From: Saccostrea cucullata
Taxonomy: Eukaryota
Direction: 5' to 3'
NCBI RefSeq assembly: GCF_032062105.1
Contig: NW_026927880.1
Span: 62,001 to 126,000, forward strand
DNA: 64,000 bases
In this document: in pieces, positions 1 through 21,800 of the stretch
Numbering within the stretch: the stretch's first letter is position 1
Layout of the letters: the number at the start of each line of letters is the position of its first letter
Notes under the pieces: generated by a model
The model's database searches: none
What the model was told of the DNA's origin: nothing
The model's input: only the letters and a program-made list of their open reading frames with translations
Program-made: the position numbers and the translations under genes

Positions 1-1160
1 ATATATATGGAGGCCTATCTATGTAGGATGTAGTTTTAATCAGGTTTTAGAATTTATATATTTTTTTAAAATCGCCCTGCATGCTTATAACAAATATAGG
101 GGATACCTGCACTTTTAGCTACGGTGCACATGTACTCACTGCAAGTTATGACCATTTTTTGGACAAGATTGTTCCTCTATTTCTGTATTTGGAACATCCA
201 GTCAGTACATTAAGTTAACAAAATTTGATTTTCATCCAAGATTTGTGAAGGTCGTGAACTTGGTAAGATTTAAGTCATTCTGCATATAGTCTGACATGAA
301 AATTCCAAATGCGAACACGTGAACAGCGTTAGTGTACAACTGGGTTTATGGGTCGTAGCCCTTTTGTAACTTCACATTTCTGTTGACAACAGCGTAATCT
401 ATCTAGATTTATCAGGAAATGGTCAATATTGACAATCTTTGTATTGTGTATTCTATCTAGTTTTTCCGCACTTTCAAACGTTCCAATTCCATATTGATTA
501 ATATTTTATACATATTTATACGTAAATTATTTTTTTTTAATACGAGCAAAAAAAACTAGAGAAAGTAATCGTAAAGACTTTTATAATATTCAAAGAAAAG
601 TTTTGATTACAAAACTAGTATATATTTTTGTTCATGTGACCCCTCCCGAACATAAAGTTTGAAAGTGGATTTGATGCATGCACATGACAATTTAGTATTA
701 GGGAAAGGGGGTTACGAGAACAGCATAATTATGTCCCCTATATTTTTTTCGTTATGTGTCTATATTTATAATTTTAAGTATAATTTATGATTATGTCTTT
801 CTATTTTCTATGCATTATATTCTGCAAAAACTTCTGACATCAAAGTTGTAGCTCATATTACGCGTATTCTATAAGAAATTGTATTGAATCGAACTTGTTG
901 CTAATAAAATTGCAATTTGTCTTCTAAAAAGTACATTGATTTTTAGACAAACATGTAGAAATCTTGACCTGATTTTCATGAAAAAGATATATACGCAAAT
1001 TCAGTTAAGGAAATACCTTTTGATAAATCACGATTCAGATTCATGCCAAGGTTTACATATGATCACCTGATTTCAAAACACATGTGTTACTGTATCTGCT
1101 TTTTTAAGTGCATGAAGACCAAGGCTTTGACATTCAAATTGTCTTCAACTTATTGATAAA

Positions 1161-1532
1161 CAGGCGCAGATCCATGATTTTTTTCCCGGGGGGGGGGGCC
1201 TCAGTAAAAAAAATTCAAGCCAGAAATTGGTCGACAAGCAAAAAAAAAAAAAAAAAACCCATTAACTCGCCCAAACGTGGAAAACCGATTTGTTGGACTG
1301 CGGGGGGGGGGGGGGGGGATTTATTGCTGTCTAATGCTTCATACCTATAGAAGACTTTTCCTACCAACTCGACACAGATCCGCGTTTTCGAGGGTGTGTG
1401 TTTTTTCAGGGGGTGGGGGTGGGGGTGGTCTAATGTACCTTTTTACTTGGTTTAGTATAAGAATTTAATAACTCTGTAAATTCCGGGGGTGGGCGTCCGG
1501 AGCTCCCCAACTCCCCTCTAGATCCGCGCATG
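1161..1532. mobile_element. Non-autonomous TIR element (MITE) with G-rich interior
   Basis: Termini CAGGCGCAGATCC and GATCCGCGCATG are imperfect inverted repeats. ATAAA lies on both sides (1156-1160, 1533-1537). Interior has poly-G runs. Confidence 0.6.
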
Positions 1533-1650
1533 ATAAATTACTTCTAGACATCCTAGGATTACTTTCAGTCGTGATAAAGAGTTGATATATACTTAGACGT
1601 TTTGTAATTGAAAAAAAATCAAATTTGACACATATAATACGTAAGTAATT

Positions 1651-1674
1651 TAGAGAGAGAGAGAGAGAGAGAGA
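1651..1674. repeat. (GA)n microsatellite
   Basis: Read directly from the sequence. Confidence 0.95.
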
Positions 1675-1825
1675 CCCTTAAAATTATTCCTTTTATCGAC
1701 ATACATTTGTATTTTAACAAATCTAATATTCTCAATTATGATTTATTTTATTTCATTTATTCTTCATTGAATGCATACAAGGAGTCAAAGAAACACTCAC
1801 AGACACACCTACAGTATCCGTTTTA

Positions 1826-1940
1826 TTAAAACCCCTCTGCATCCTTTGTGTTCTTTTGTATAACTGTCCATCCGTCTCTATTTTTAAAACCCCTCTGCAT
1901 CCTTTGTGTTCTTTTGTATAACTGTCCATCCGTCTCTACA
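1826..1940. repeat. Tandem duplication of a ~59-bp unit
   Basis: TAAAACCCCTCTGCATCCTTTGTGTTCTTTTGTATAACTGTCCATCCGTCTCTA occurs twice in tandem. Confidence 0.9.
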
Positions 1941-2594
1941 TCTCCTAATGCCCCTCTCTTATCTGGACCTCCACAAACCACTGAAAGCCTTTTATATAAT
2001 GAAACTTTTTTTAAATTCTGTTACATACATATAGTTGTATAAATGCATCTTTTATTTTCCGTCAGTGTTGATGGGATACATTTGGGGGTCGGGGTGGGTG
2101 GTTACACTCCTACACCCAACTTACGAGGGGTCGGTCTGCGTTTTCTTCTAAAAGAGGATGGGGGAAGGTCACATTTTGAAGTTTCTTTACGATGTAAATT
2201 TTAATAACTCCAAAACTTCCAACTCCTACCTACCCGCCCCTCTCATCTCACTTGAAGGAAGGTGGGAATTTTTTTTAAAAATATGTTATTTTAAATCACA
2301 CATAGTGGAAATTATTGTGAAGTTTTTCTACATGTACGTTGTAATTTTAAAATGAGAGTTTGAAGTTCAAAAGGTGTCTTAATCAAGGATGCAGATAAAC
2401 CAAACCAACTTTTTTTTTCCTTCCAAAAAGCATGAAAATACATACATATATAACTATTAACAACAAAATCTAAGTTTTAACAAATATATTAAATAGTTTT
2501 TTTAATCGTGACCACAACGACTAAATCTATGTCTTTACAAAATTTTTCGGTTCCCTTCCGTTATTTAAAGGGTGTATAGCTTTATGGGGAAAAC

Positions 2595-2702
2595 AAGGGC
2601 TTGTCGTGAAATATTTTCCTGCAGCTTTTCTTGATATACATGTATCTTTATAGTAGAGGTGACCATATTAAGAGAAGTTCTATATTTTGTGACAAGCCCC
2701 TG
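2595..2702. mobile_element. Very short inverted-repeat element (MITE remnant)
   Basis: CAAGGGCTTGTCGTGAAATAT and ATATTTTGTGACAAGCCCCTG form a ~21-bp imperfect inverted repeat. Confidence 0.45.
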
Positions 2703-2749
2703 TGATCAAAAAAGTAAATGTATATTTCAATCTATTTTTGTCCCCTAAG

Positions 2750-2891
2750 TGCAAAGTAGTGCGCTGGAGCACGCAACACATTTGAATCGGGTTCAATCTT
2801 CAGATTATTCCAACTTCTGTGGCGGCGAGGGATAACAAAAAATCGAAAATCATTTTATTTTACGTAAAATTTTGTTTATCCTCCATCAAAG
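2750..2891 (+). promoter_or_regulatory. Candidate EZH2 promoter and non-coding first exon
   Basis: Locally CpG-rich patch (GCGCTGG, CACGC, GGCGGCGA) with a CHR-like TTTGAA, ending at a donor AAAG|GTAAAA (2891/2892). The EZH2 ATG at 6902 directly follows an acceptor (ACAG|ATG), so an upstream exon is expected. Confidence 0.35.
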
Positions 2892-3715
2892 GTAAAAGAA
2901 ATCGTTAAAAAAATTATGATAATATCTCATTTTGTTTCGTTGAAAATATCAAATAACTACTAAAAAGGTGTTATCTTGCGGATTATGGCTGTGGTAGTAC
3001 AGCCAAATTGAAAATGAAAGGCCTTTGTTCTGTTGTTTTTGTATTTTAAATATATATTAAATATTTAAGAGTTAAAGAATTTTTTCAGACAAATGTTATA
3101 ATAGAGAATTTATGCTTAGTTGGGGAATTTTTGTTGTATACAATATTTTACCTGTTACTTTTGACACAATTGTCTGCAGTAGCAAAAATTGAAAGCAACC
3201 CAAATAAAATTTATCTATCAAACGGTCATATATATGGCAAGAAATTACTCCTGACTTTCAACTATGTTCATTTGTAACCAGTTACAAGGGTTACAAAAGC
3301 CTGTTTACAAATAGCATTTTCTCTGTTATTCTCAGTTATTTATTGGTCACAATGGTTACAGTGGTTACAGCAGTTTACTGTGGTTTGAAATGGGTTATAA
3401 TGGTTACAACAGTTACAAATAAGCTTTTGTGTTGTAATTAGTCCTGACAATATTTAGTGGGGAACAGGGTTAAAAATGAACATAAAAAGTTGAAAAAGTA
3501 AAAATGTCATATGTACAGTATATATACTCTCATAGACACGTACATTTCGTTTTTGAAAGTGCAGCCAGAGAGAAACATTTTTTTATACCTTGTAAAAGTT
3601 ACAAACAGCAACGTGTTCAAAGCCAACTTCCTTTCACTTTCAACATACAATAAGACCATATCACTGATGTTGTGACCTTTCAATGCACATTTTCAATAGT
3701 AAAGGTAATGTTGGT

Positions 3716-3802
3716 CCATGTTGTAGCAGTCAGTGGGCACACTTGCCCATGTTGTAGCAGTCAGTGGGCACACTGGCCCATGTTGTAGCAGTCAATGGGC
3801 AC
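3716..3802. repeat. 31-bp tandem repeat, about 3 copies
   Basis: CCATGTTGTAGCAGTCAGTGGGCACAC(T/G) repeated. Confidence 0.9.
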
Positions 3803-3889
3803 AATCTTGTATGATGCTCAAGAAAAATGAAAACAGTGTGATTCAGGAACCATAAAGAATTCAAGACCCAAATTTATCTAATCAAGTAG

Positions 3890-4651
3890 CAGGGATTTAT
3901 CAGCCCTTTTTGGAAAACGCCATTTTTGGAAATTGGGAAAAAGTTATCGGCTTTTTGATGAAATTGGGAAAAATAAACATGTTGCTTAAACAATGTATTC
4001 ACTATTCAGGTTCAATTTATTTAACATATCAGCTGAAATTTGGGCTACCAAACAGTCAATTAAATATGACCCAACTTCATCATTCAAGATCAATTATGAA
4101 TAAAAGACTACTAAAAGTAAACTTGAATTCAATGATCGAGTATTAATTTTATACAACTTTAAGGGTAGTATATTTGTGTATGAGATTCCAATTTAGGTCA
4201 TGGGAGATATAAACCTCAAGCTAAATATTATAGTGACTATATTAACTAAACATTTTCTAAAATGTGCATTGAAAATGTATTTTGCTATCTGAAATAATGC
4301 CTTCAGTTCTTACCATTCACTTTTAGATCAATTGAGCAAGTAAAAATGAGTTAATAAACATACAGAATTACACAATATTACTACTTCAGAAAAAAACTGA
4401 GGAAATTCGGATTAAAAGTTGGCGATGCTTTTAAACATGTGTTACGACTGTAGCTTTGCTAAATCAGTTAAATTGAGGAAAATTACAGATAATCTGACAA
4501 ATTTACTTTGTGTTTTTCCAAGATAATTTAATAAAAAGCCATTTTCCTGTAATTGGGGAAAAAAGACTGCCAAATTGGGAAAAATTGCTTTCATTTTCAA
4601 TTGGGAATGGGGCCTAATTTCGGCCCCTGAGAAGGTACTGATAAATCCCTG
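3890..4651. mobile_element. Non-autonomous DNA transposon with 5-bp TSD (hAT5-like)
   Basis: Perfect 14-bp TIR CAGGGATTTATCAG / CTGATAAATCCCTG. TSD AGTAG at 3885-3889 and 4652-4656. Repeated subterminal AATTGGG(G)AA motifs. Confidence 0.85.
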
Positions 4652-4675
4652 AGTAGGTCTATTCAGGGACCTATA

Positions 4676-5536
4676 TACTAACGGGATAGGCAACTCCTTC
4701 AGTGTCCTATTTATTTACCCAAAACATCACAAATTACACTACAAGTTTTTCAAACTACATTTATTCCAAGTAAAAAACATGTTTTCTTCTGATTAATATC
4801 ATATATTCCTTTTATGATTTTTAATATTTTTTTAAGCATGAATTATTATACAATTTAAATAATATGTGTGACGGTGCGACCGTTAGGGCGAGTGCAGATA
4901 TTTATTTTGTTATAATTTAGATCGGGCTTGTCAAACTGCACGTGACATTTGGTGCATAGACTCTGACGTCACATGACGTCGTAGGTAAGTTACATTTCCA
5001 AAAAGAAGCCTGAACAATGCTGAAAGTAAATGAAGAACGTTTCGTTTACTATTTATCTTCAATATTTATCCATTAAATCAGGGCATGTTTACTTTTAGTT
5101 GAACTTTTGCTGCTATTCTCGAGAGAACGTAGCTTTAACAAGTGATGCATTTATTTCCAAATTACTGCACAAAAAATTTATCGAATGAATGTGCAGTAAA
5201 ACAATTTTCTAATTCGCACAGGCGTTGCTTTAAGATTTTTTTCGCAGTGACGAGCGTCGCTTCGCTCCGCTCGCTATAAAGAAAACAAAGGCTGAAACTA
5301 GCAATTTCTAGGAAATACGGCCGATCAGGGACACATGCTGATTTTTAATAAAACAAAATTACTACCAAGATAGTGAGTTTAATCAGTGCTAAAAACAAAT
5401 CTTGAATGATTTTTTGATAGATAATTAAAGGTTTTAATCAGATGATTTGATAGCTTTAGTGATATAATGAATTAAAGTTGGCTTACGAAATCCTGCGACT
5501 TGCTCGATATCGCTAGACTTGCCTATCCCATTAGTA
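4676..5536. mobile_element. Non-autonomous TIR element at a TA site
   Basis: TACTAACGGGATAGGCAA and TTGCCTATCCCATTAGTA form an 18-bp inverted repeat with 1 mismatch. No transposase ORF. Confidence 0.8.
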
Positions 5537-6244
5537 TTTAGGTCTCTTATCTATTGGCATATGATGTAGATCAGTGGGCACAATCTTGTAAGATACTCAT
5601 AAAAAAATGAAAAGGGTATGATTCAAGGACCATACAGAAATCAAGGCCTTGGATGATGTACAGTATGATGCAATATATTGCATCATACTGTATATAACTA
5701 TATATAAGAAAAGTTTTCTTAACATGTCACAAAATTATTGAATTGTTCATGAAAAATGCATAGATTGCTACCTTGCTAACACATTATGAATGCTAGCATT
5801 TAAAGAAGTTTGTAGGACTGGAAAATATCTTTTTAATCAAATAATTCTAGCTACCTTTTGACAAGAAATAAGAGTAATCAGAGCAATACAATAAACTAAT
5901 GAGGACAAAAATAAAGAAACAGTATAAATGGCATACCATGATGTATATAATAATTCTATATACATGTACCATTAGGATATGAACACTATAATAAAACAGG
6001 CAATGATTAGGGGGTAAATCAACTCCTTGGCATATTCTACTTCTAGTAAATAGAAATGGTCATACTCATAGACTATTTATCTCCTTTCTTCTTTGTTCTG
6101 CACATTCTGCTGATATGTTTTGAAATTTTAAATCAAATTCTTTAAATTACTATTTTGGAAATGTGTCATTTTTAAGAGTCATTCAAGTAAGGAAAGTAAT
6201 TTCTGTAATGTATCGAATAGTCTTTTCACATTTGCTAAATAAAG

Positions 6245-6819
6245 GAGTATATATGATAAGAGCCAATTTTGGCCCCCTAAAAATCAAAATTTTAGAATGA
6301 CATTCAGATATTTTAATTGAGATTTATTTGAAAGAAGAGATTATATTAGAAATATTTCTAATATATTTTTCACATTTATATGCACTCTCTAGCTGTAAAT
6401 GACACGAGAAATAATGCTATTTTTGCTATTTAACAAAAAAGCCAAAAATATGCCTTTTTCTTGATGTTTTTTCTTATGGGAAACATAGAGTGCAGTTTAG
6501 AACATACATAATTTTTCTGTCACTAATCAGAATTGGATAGATACATCTTTGGTAAAAATATAAGTCTTGTTCTAGACTGCGCTCTATATTTTCTGGAAGA
6601 AAAACTGCTTGAAAATAAGCAGTTTTATACAAAATATGCTAAAATGGCGGGAAAACGTGATTTTTATGATGTCATATTTCTAAAATAACGGCATTTTGAT
6701 TTATATGAAAATGACCAATAAAGGTTGCATATATAGTTGTACAAATTAAAGCTATATATAAAGTAAAATTAAGATATTCATTTTAAGGGGCCAATTGAGA
6801 CACTTACCATATATCACTC
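6245..6819. mobile_element. Degenerate MITE ending about 80 bp upstream of the EZH2 start codon
   Basis: GAGTATATATGATAAGAGCCAATTTTGGCCCCCTAAAA pairs imperfectly with TTTTAAGGGGCCAATTGAGACACTTACCATATATCACTC (~38 bp). Confidence 0.7.
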
Positions 6820-6901
6820 TTTGTTTTATTATCTATGAAAAATGTTTTATAGCAATATGCATAGTAAAGTTTGCTGAATATTTTTATATTTTTAATGACA
6901 G

Positions 6902-16477
<9,576 letters not shown>

Positions 16478-16990
16478 TAAATGAACGAGAAACATTGTAA
16501 AGTTAAAAGAAATCATGGTGGTGCTCAATAAGAACAAATTTCCTATGTTTTATTAACAATGTGCAATATTCTGACTTCACTAAAACTTCTTGAAATGAAA
16601 AGTTAAGAATGGAAGAAGACAAAAGGGCAATTTTGTGTATTAGTAGGGATCATGACAACTTGGAAATGTAAACAGTTTTGCCCATTTATATTGATTTTAT
16701 AAACACTGTAAATATTAAAAATAAAAATTTTCTTAAGACTTAAATATTTGTTTATATTTTATCATTACACAAACAGTTACAATTAATGCAATGAAATATG
16801 TACAGGAATGCAAATATATTGAAATTCTTAGCTATAATGATGTTGAAAGTTCAGGATATGTGTATAAACTAGCTTCTCCATTTGAAACCATCCGCAAGCA
16901 GTAAATTGATTCTGTAGACTGTCTATCGCTGAGTACAGAATTAGTCCTTCACTTAAAAAAAAAATTGCAAATATCCATTTTGAAAAGAAT

Positions 16991-18505
16991 TCAAGAGGGT
17001 TGTTGGAATCCCATGTGCCTCATCTGCTCTGGTGTGAGAACTTCAGCTGCGTGCTCGGCCTGCCATGCAGCCACCTTCTCCTTCCCTAACTCAGCATGTA
17101 GCTTAGCCAGCTTCTGTTCTGACTTGTTTACTTCTAAGTTCATCCTGTTTAAAAACAAAACAATTTCTCATTTTATGGTTTACATATATTAATATTAATG
17201 TACAAAAGAAAATATGCAATCCCTAAGATGACAGAAAATTCTAGACACAGAGAAATTTATTTGCTGTCAAATCATTAATTTCATCAAAATTATCCTCCTG
17301 GAGAATTATTTTAAATACATGTACCAAAATATAATAGGCGTGAAATATTTATCACAATATATGAGAAAGAAATTCTTCATTCAGATGTGTTATTTGTAAG
17401 ATATTTAGATTCTTGAAAAAAAAAAATTAGTCAGGTGTATTACTTCATGTAAATGCAGAAATACAGTACTTGTACCACAGTGCACGTACGAGAAGTTCAG
17501 TAATGGGGCTTAATAAACCTTATATCCAGGTCTGGTAAAAAAAAAAAAAAGAAAAATGAAGAAATTGCAAATGGCTTAAAAATTACGAATGGCCTGACTA
17601 TGCTGAAGGATTTAAATTAGAGGGCCAACCAAACAAAAGGTCAAAACTGCAATCCAATTAAAATTAGATCTTGGATCCTCTCGCACACTCGCTACACTAA
17701 CATCTGACAACATCCCATAGAGGGTCACGTCAGAGGTCAAATTCGGAACAACTCTAGACTTATTCACTTCAACAAATATACAATGATTTTGCAGGTGATG
17801 ATTTGATTGGTTGATAGAATTTGACCTCTGATGTGAACCTCTATGGGACACTGTTTGATGTTAGTCAAAATTGTAATGGCCAGTGAATTACCACCTGCGC
17901 CAAAAAAAAAATCCATATTTTTGCCTCAAAGGCTGTCAGCTGTTGGCAGAAATGTTAAGCAAGGCATAATATAACTTTAAATTGTCAAAATTGTGCAAGA
18001 TAATGGCCAGTGAATTACCACCTGCGCCAAAAAAAAAATCCATATTTTTGCCTCAAAGACTGTCAGCTGTTGGTCTTTCAGGGGAAATGTTAAGCAAGGC
18101 ACTGTATCAAGTTATATGTATTTAGAATCAAATTAATGGAACACTAACCTTTTACTCTCTGACATGGCTCGTGCAAAAAAGTCCATGGTCCTTTTGTCAT
18201 CAATCTCCTCGGTAGCATCCATTTTTCCTTCTTTCTGGAACAAATCAAATAGTGAAATAGTAAAGTGTGATGATGCCCACAAGTCCCTACATTGTACATG
18301 TTATGCATGTATCTATGATGCCATTAACTTGTTCAAAAGACGTGTGATAACAGACGTGTCCTGCACTTGAATACGTTTTTTCCCATTAAAGACAACTATT
18401 ACCACTTACTTTTTGTTTATTATAATGTTCTGTGACAAAATCTTCTAAACTCTTTTCTGGATTGTCGCTTTCTTTCATTTCGTGTTCTTTTGGTTCGTCC
18501 GCCAT
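16991..18505 (-). CDS. Uncharacterised 111-aa protein, predicted helical/coiled-coil
   Basis: Exons 18505-18410, 18234-18149 and 17144-16991 with canonical GT-AG junctions and Kozak AAAATGGCG. Product: MADEPKEHEMKESDNPEKSLEDFVTEHYNKQKKEGKMDATEEIDDKRTMDFFARAMSESKRMNLEVNKSEQKLAKLHAELGKEKVAAWQAEHAAEVLTPEQMRHMGFQQPS*. Family not recognised. Confidence 0.75.
17875..18100. repeat. Direct duplication with ~126-bp period in an intron
   Basis: TAATGGCCAGTGAATTACCACCTGCGCC(A)nTCCATATTTTTGCCTCAAAG-CTGTCAGCTGTTGG at 17875 and 18001. Confidence 0.9.
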
Positions 18506-18878
18506 TTGTAAACAATGTTATAGTTAAGTAAAGCTAGTTGATTGAATATTTTCGAACTTTTCAATTACCAAATTTTACGGTGTTTTAAAATTGATGTATT
18601 GTTAAATTAAATATATATTTTTAGAAATCAAATTTTAAATGTAAAATGATTTATGAAAAATACTTTTTACTGTCATGTGAATTGAAGGTATTTTTGCGTT
18701 GTTATGGCATTGTGTATGTTTTCATTCGGAATACCACGTTAAAGACAATGAATAAGAAGAGTCTAGAGGAGTTCCGACAGAGCAGGTGCCCGTTGTAAAC
18801 AACACTTGGTAACGGCAAGAATTAACTTATTAATCGGTTTATTGGGGAGTAATCCAGATTATCACAGATTATTTAATT
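18506..18878. promoter_or_regulatory. Bidirectional promoter with forkhead (FoxJ1-like) and RFX X-box-like motifs
   Basis: 373 bp between divergent ATGs. TGTAAACAA near 18507 and at 18794; GTTGTTATGGCAT at 18698; CTTGGTAAC at 18805. Confidence 0.55.
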
Positions 18879-21800
18879 ATGCCGCGAAGAGGAGGAAGTG
18901 ACAATGGTTCTGAAAACCAGGAAATGGTTGGGACATTCGAAACACTTCGTGATGAAGGAGAACATTTTGTTCATGTCAAACTATGGCAAAAAGCAATCGA
19001 CAGCTTTACAAGGGTATATAATTCTTGTAATCAAATTGCTTCCTTTTGTATTTGCTTACTGGTAATTTTATCTAAAAGTTTCAAGGTATTTAAGTAGATT
19101 ATTTTATTAGTGAAAGTTATTTAAACATTTTTGTTTCTCCTAATCCATCATATGCTTTAGAAAATATACAACAATGAATGTGTAGAAAAACTGTTTTTTT
19201 TCTAATGTGAAAAAAGACTTCACACTGACTTGCTTTGAAGAATTATGAAACTGCATATAAAATAATTTATTTTTATAAAGGCCATTGAGATGAATCCAGA
19301 GGACAAGAAATGTTTTGTCACACGATCAAAATGTTGGTTACAACTAGGCAACGCAGAGAATGCTCTCATGGATGCAGAGGAAGCACTGCGACAAGACAAA
19401 GAATTCATTCCAGTAAGCCTATAATGATGAAAAGTTTTATCTAAAAAGTACTATGATGTTTTTAAAAAAAGGCTTTTTATTGCATGAAAAATGCAACAGT
19501 TCAGCTTTTTGATAACCTTTGTTAAACTCATTCACAGGGCTTGTATCAGAAAGCGGAGGCTATGTATCAGCTGGGGGATTTTGAAACAGCATTAGTGTTC
19601 TTCCACAGAGGTCACAAGTTACGACCAGAACTTCAGGAATTTAGGCTTGGAATCCAGAAAGCTCAGGAGGCCATCAACAACAGCATTGGACGTAAGACTA
19701 TATACATGTACTTCTAGTTGCCAGAGTTTTTAATTAACTTTAATATAAATTGATAATGATGTGTTTTACAGCATATATGTATCAATCATATATACAAGCA
19801 TTAGAAGTAAATGTTGCCGTATTTGTGAATTTCTTGTTTATGACATTACAAGCCTATAATTTCCTGACAACTTTAATTTAACCTTATGATTAAACATTAT
19901 AGTTAAAAGTTACTAGCTTTGAACCCCCCTTCTTTCCTATGGGATGAACTTCTGTACAAAAAAATAAAATAAAAGGAAAATATGTGTTATAAAATGAACA
20001 ATTTCGTTAAGAATTAATTTTTGACAAAATGATCATGTTAATTTTTGATAGAGCCTGATTCAGTTAAACTGACAGCAGAGGGTGATCTGACATATTTCTA
20101 CAAACAGGAGGAGGTAATATTCTAGTTTATTTTTATCTTACTTTGTTTTATTGTTGTTTCTTGTGAGCATGATTATATTGTGCTAGACATCTTCTGAGAA
20201 TCGTGTGTAATCAGATTTTGATTCTTGTATCATATGAGAAGACATATTAAATTAATTCAAATAAAGATTTGGCAAAATGCATTTGTAATTTTCAAGAAAT
20301 CTAGCTGGCTTATGTGTAATATTTTCTGATGAGAATTTTATCTGTACTAGCTCACTTAATTCTATTTGAACAATTTATAGGAATATTTATATATTCTTGT
20401 TTGAAATTGAAATTGAATTTTCAACAGTTATTTCCAGTGGTAAATTGTTTATTTTTTTTCATTGGGTCAGGGATGTGTCTTTTCAATGCAGACTTGTTAC
20501 TTTAATTAAGTATTAAAATTAAGATTTTATCTTAATTTTCAAAATTAAACTCCTGTAAAAAGTCAGTGCATTGGAAAAACATATATTCAAACATAACTGA
20601 ATGATTTGCAGTGTTATATAAATCAAATTGAGTGAATATATACAAAAATCTAAATCGTACAATAAAATACTGACAGACAAGGAAATAAAGCAGATTGTTG
20701 CATGGAAAAGGAAAAGGCATGCTAATTTGCTTTCCCTCAGAATTGATATAATTTCTATAGTCCAGTGCATATTATAAATGTAGCCATTCATGCAGAAAAT
20801 AAGATTTACCCATCTATCCATAAACTCACTGTCATTGCCATTTCACATAAATAAGAAATGTGTAATCAAAAAAAGATTTGCGGTGTTTCACTAATATACC
20901 TTTCTATACACAGACAAACACACTAAAGAGTCTGTACAAGCTTGAGCATGTTTGATCTGCTGTTGTATGTTTTACTGCTTATCGTATGATCTCTAGTATA
21001 AGCATGTTGTATTGTATAGGATGAAAAGGCCAAGGTAATGAAAAGAGTGTGTTGTAGAATTTCCTGTCATTTAATTTCTTGCTTTCTTGTTCTCTACAAG
21101 ACTATATTTTTTAGAAAATATATTGTAGATGTAGATTCTTTATATTTTGTTGTCTTAAATACTGATGTATTATTGATATGTTCATATATGTTTTATTGTA
21201 GAGATATGTCATTACTACAATGGCAATGAATCCATTTACCAGTAGTTGTCTACATTTACATATTTACAATTATGTCTATTTATATGTCAATGAACAGTAA
21301 AAACTACATATCTAAGCTAGTGGAAAGAGGATCGAGGCATTTATAAAATCAATTTTTTGCAATCTATAATTGCAACATTATAAAATCAATTTTTTGCAAT
21401 CTATAATTGCAACATTTGAGATCATCCAAAAACTCTCGTGGTATGAATATTTTTAAGCAAGATTTACAAAGTATCAGGTAATTAAGCTAAGAAAAAAGAA
21501 TTTCAATGTTTTTATTAAAAGTATGACCATTCAACTTTAATGTAAAACATATTTAATATTCACCCCAGTTTTCATTTTTTTAAGTAAAATAAAAATTCAC
21601 TTTTAATATCACAGCCATTCTATGTTCATTTTCTTTGCTGTGTGTTGTCATTTAAAATTTCTTTTCTTCCATTGTTTTCTCACAGGCAAAGAAGGTACTT
21701 GTATCATTATTTTCTCATTCGAGGTTTTAGGTGGGATTTTGGTTGTGCATTTTTCCTTCTAATTCAATCCAGTTACCGGTATACTCTTGCACATGACCTG

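Noticed and set aside
1108-2355. Short ORFs with poly-Gly/poly-Lys
   Set aside because: They arise from homopolymer runs and repeats inside or near a MITE; no splice or homology support.
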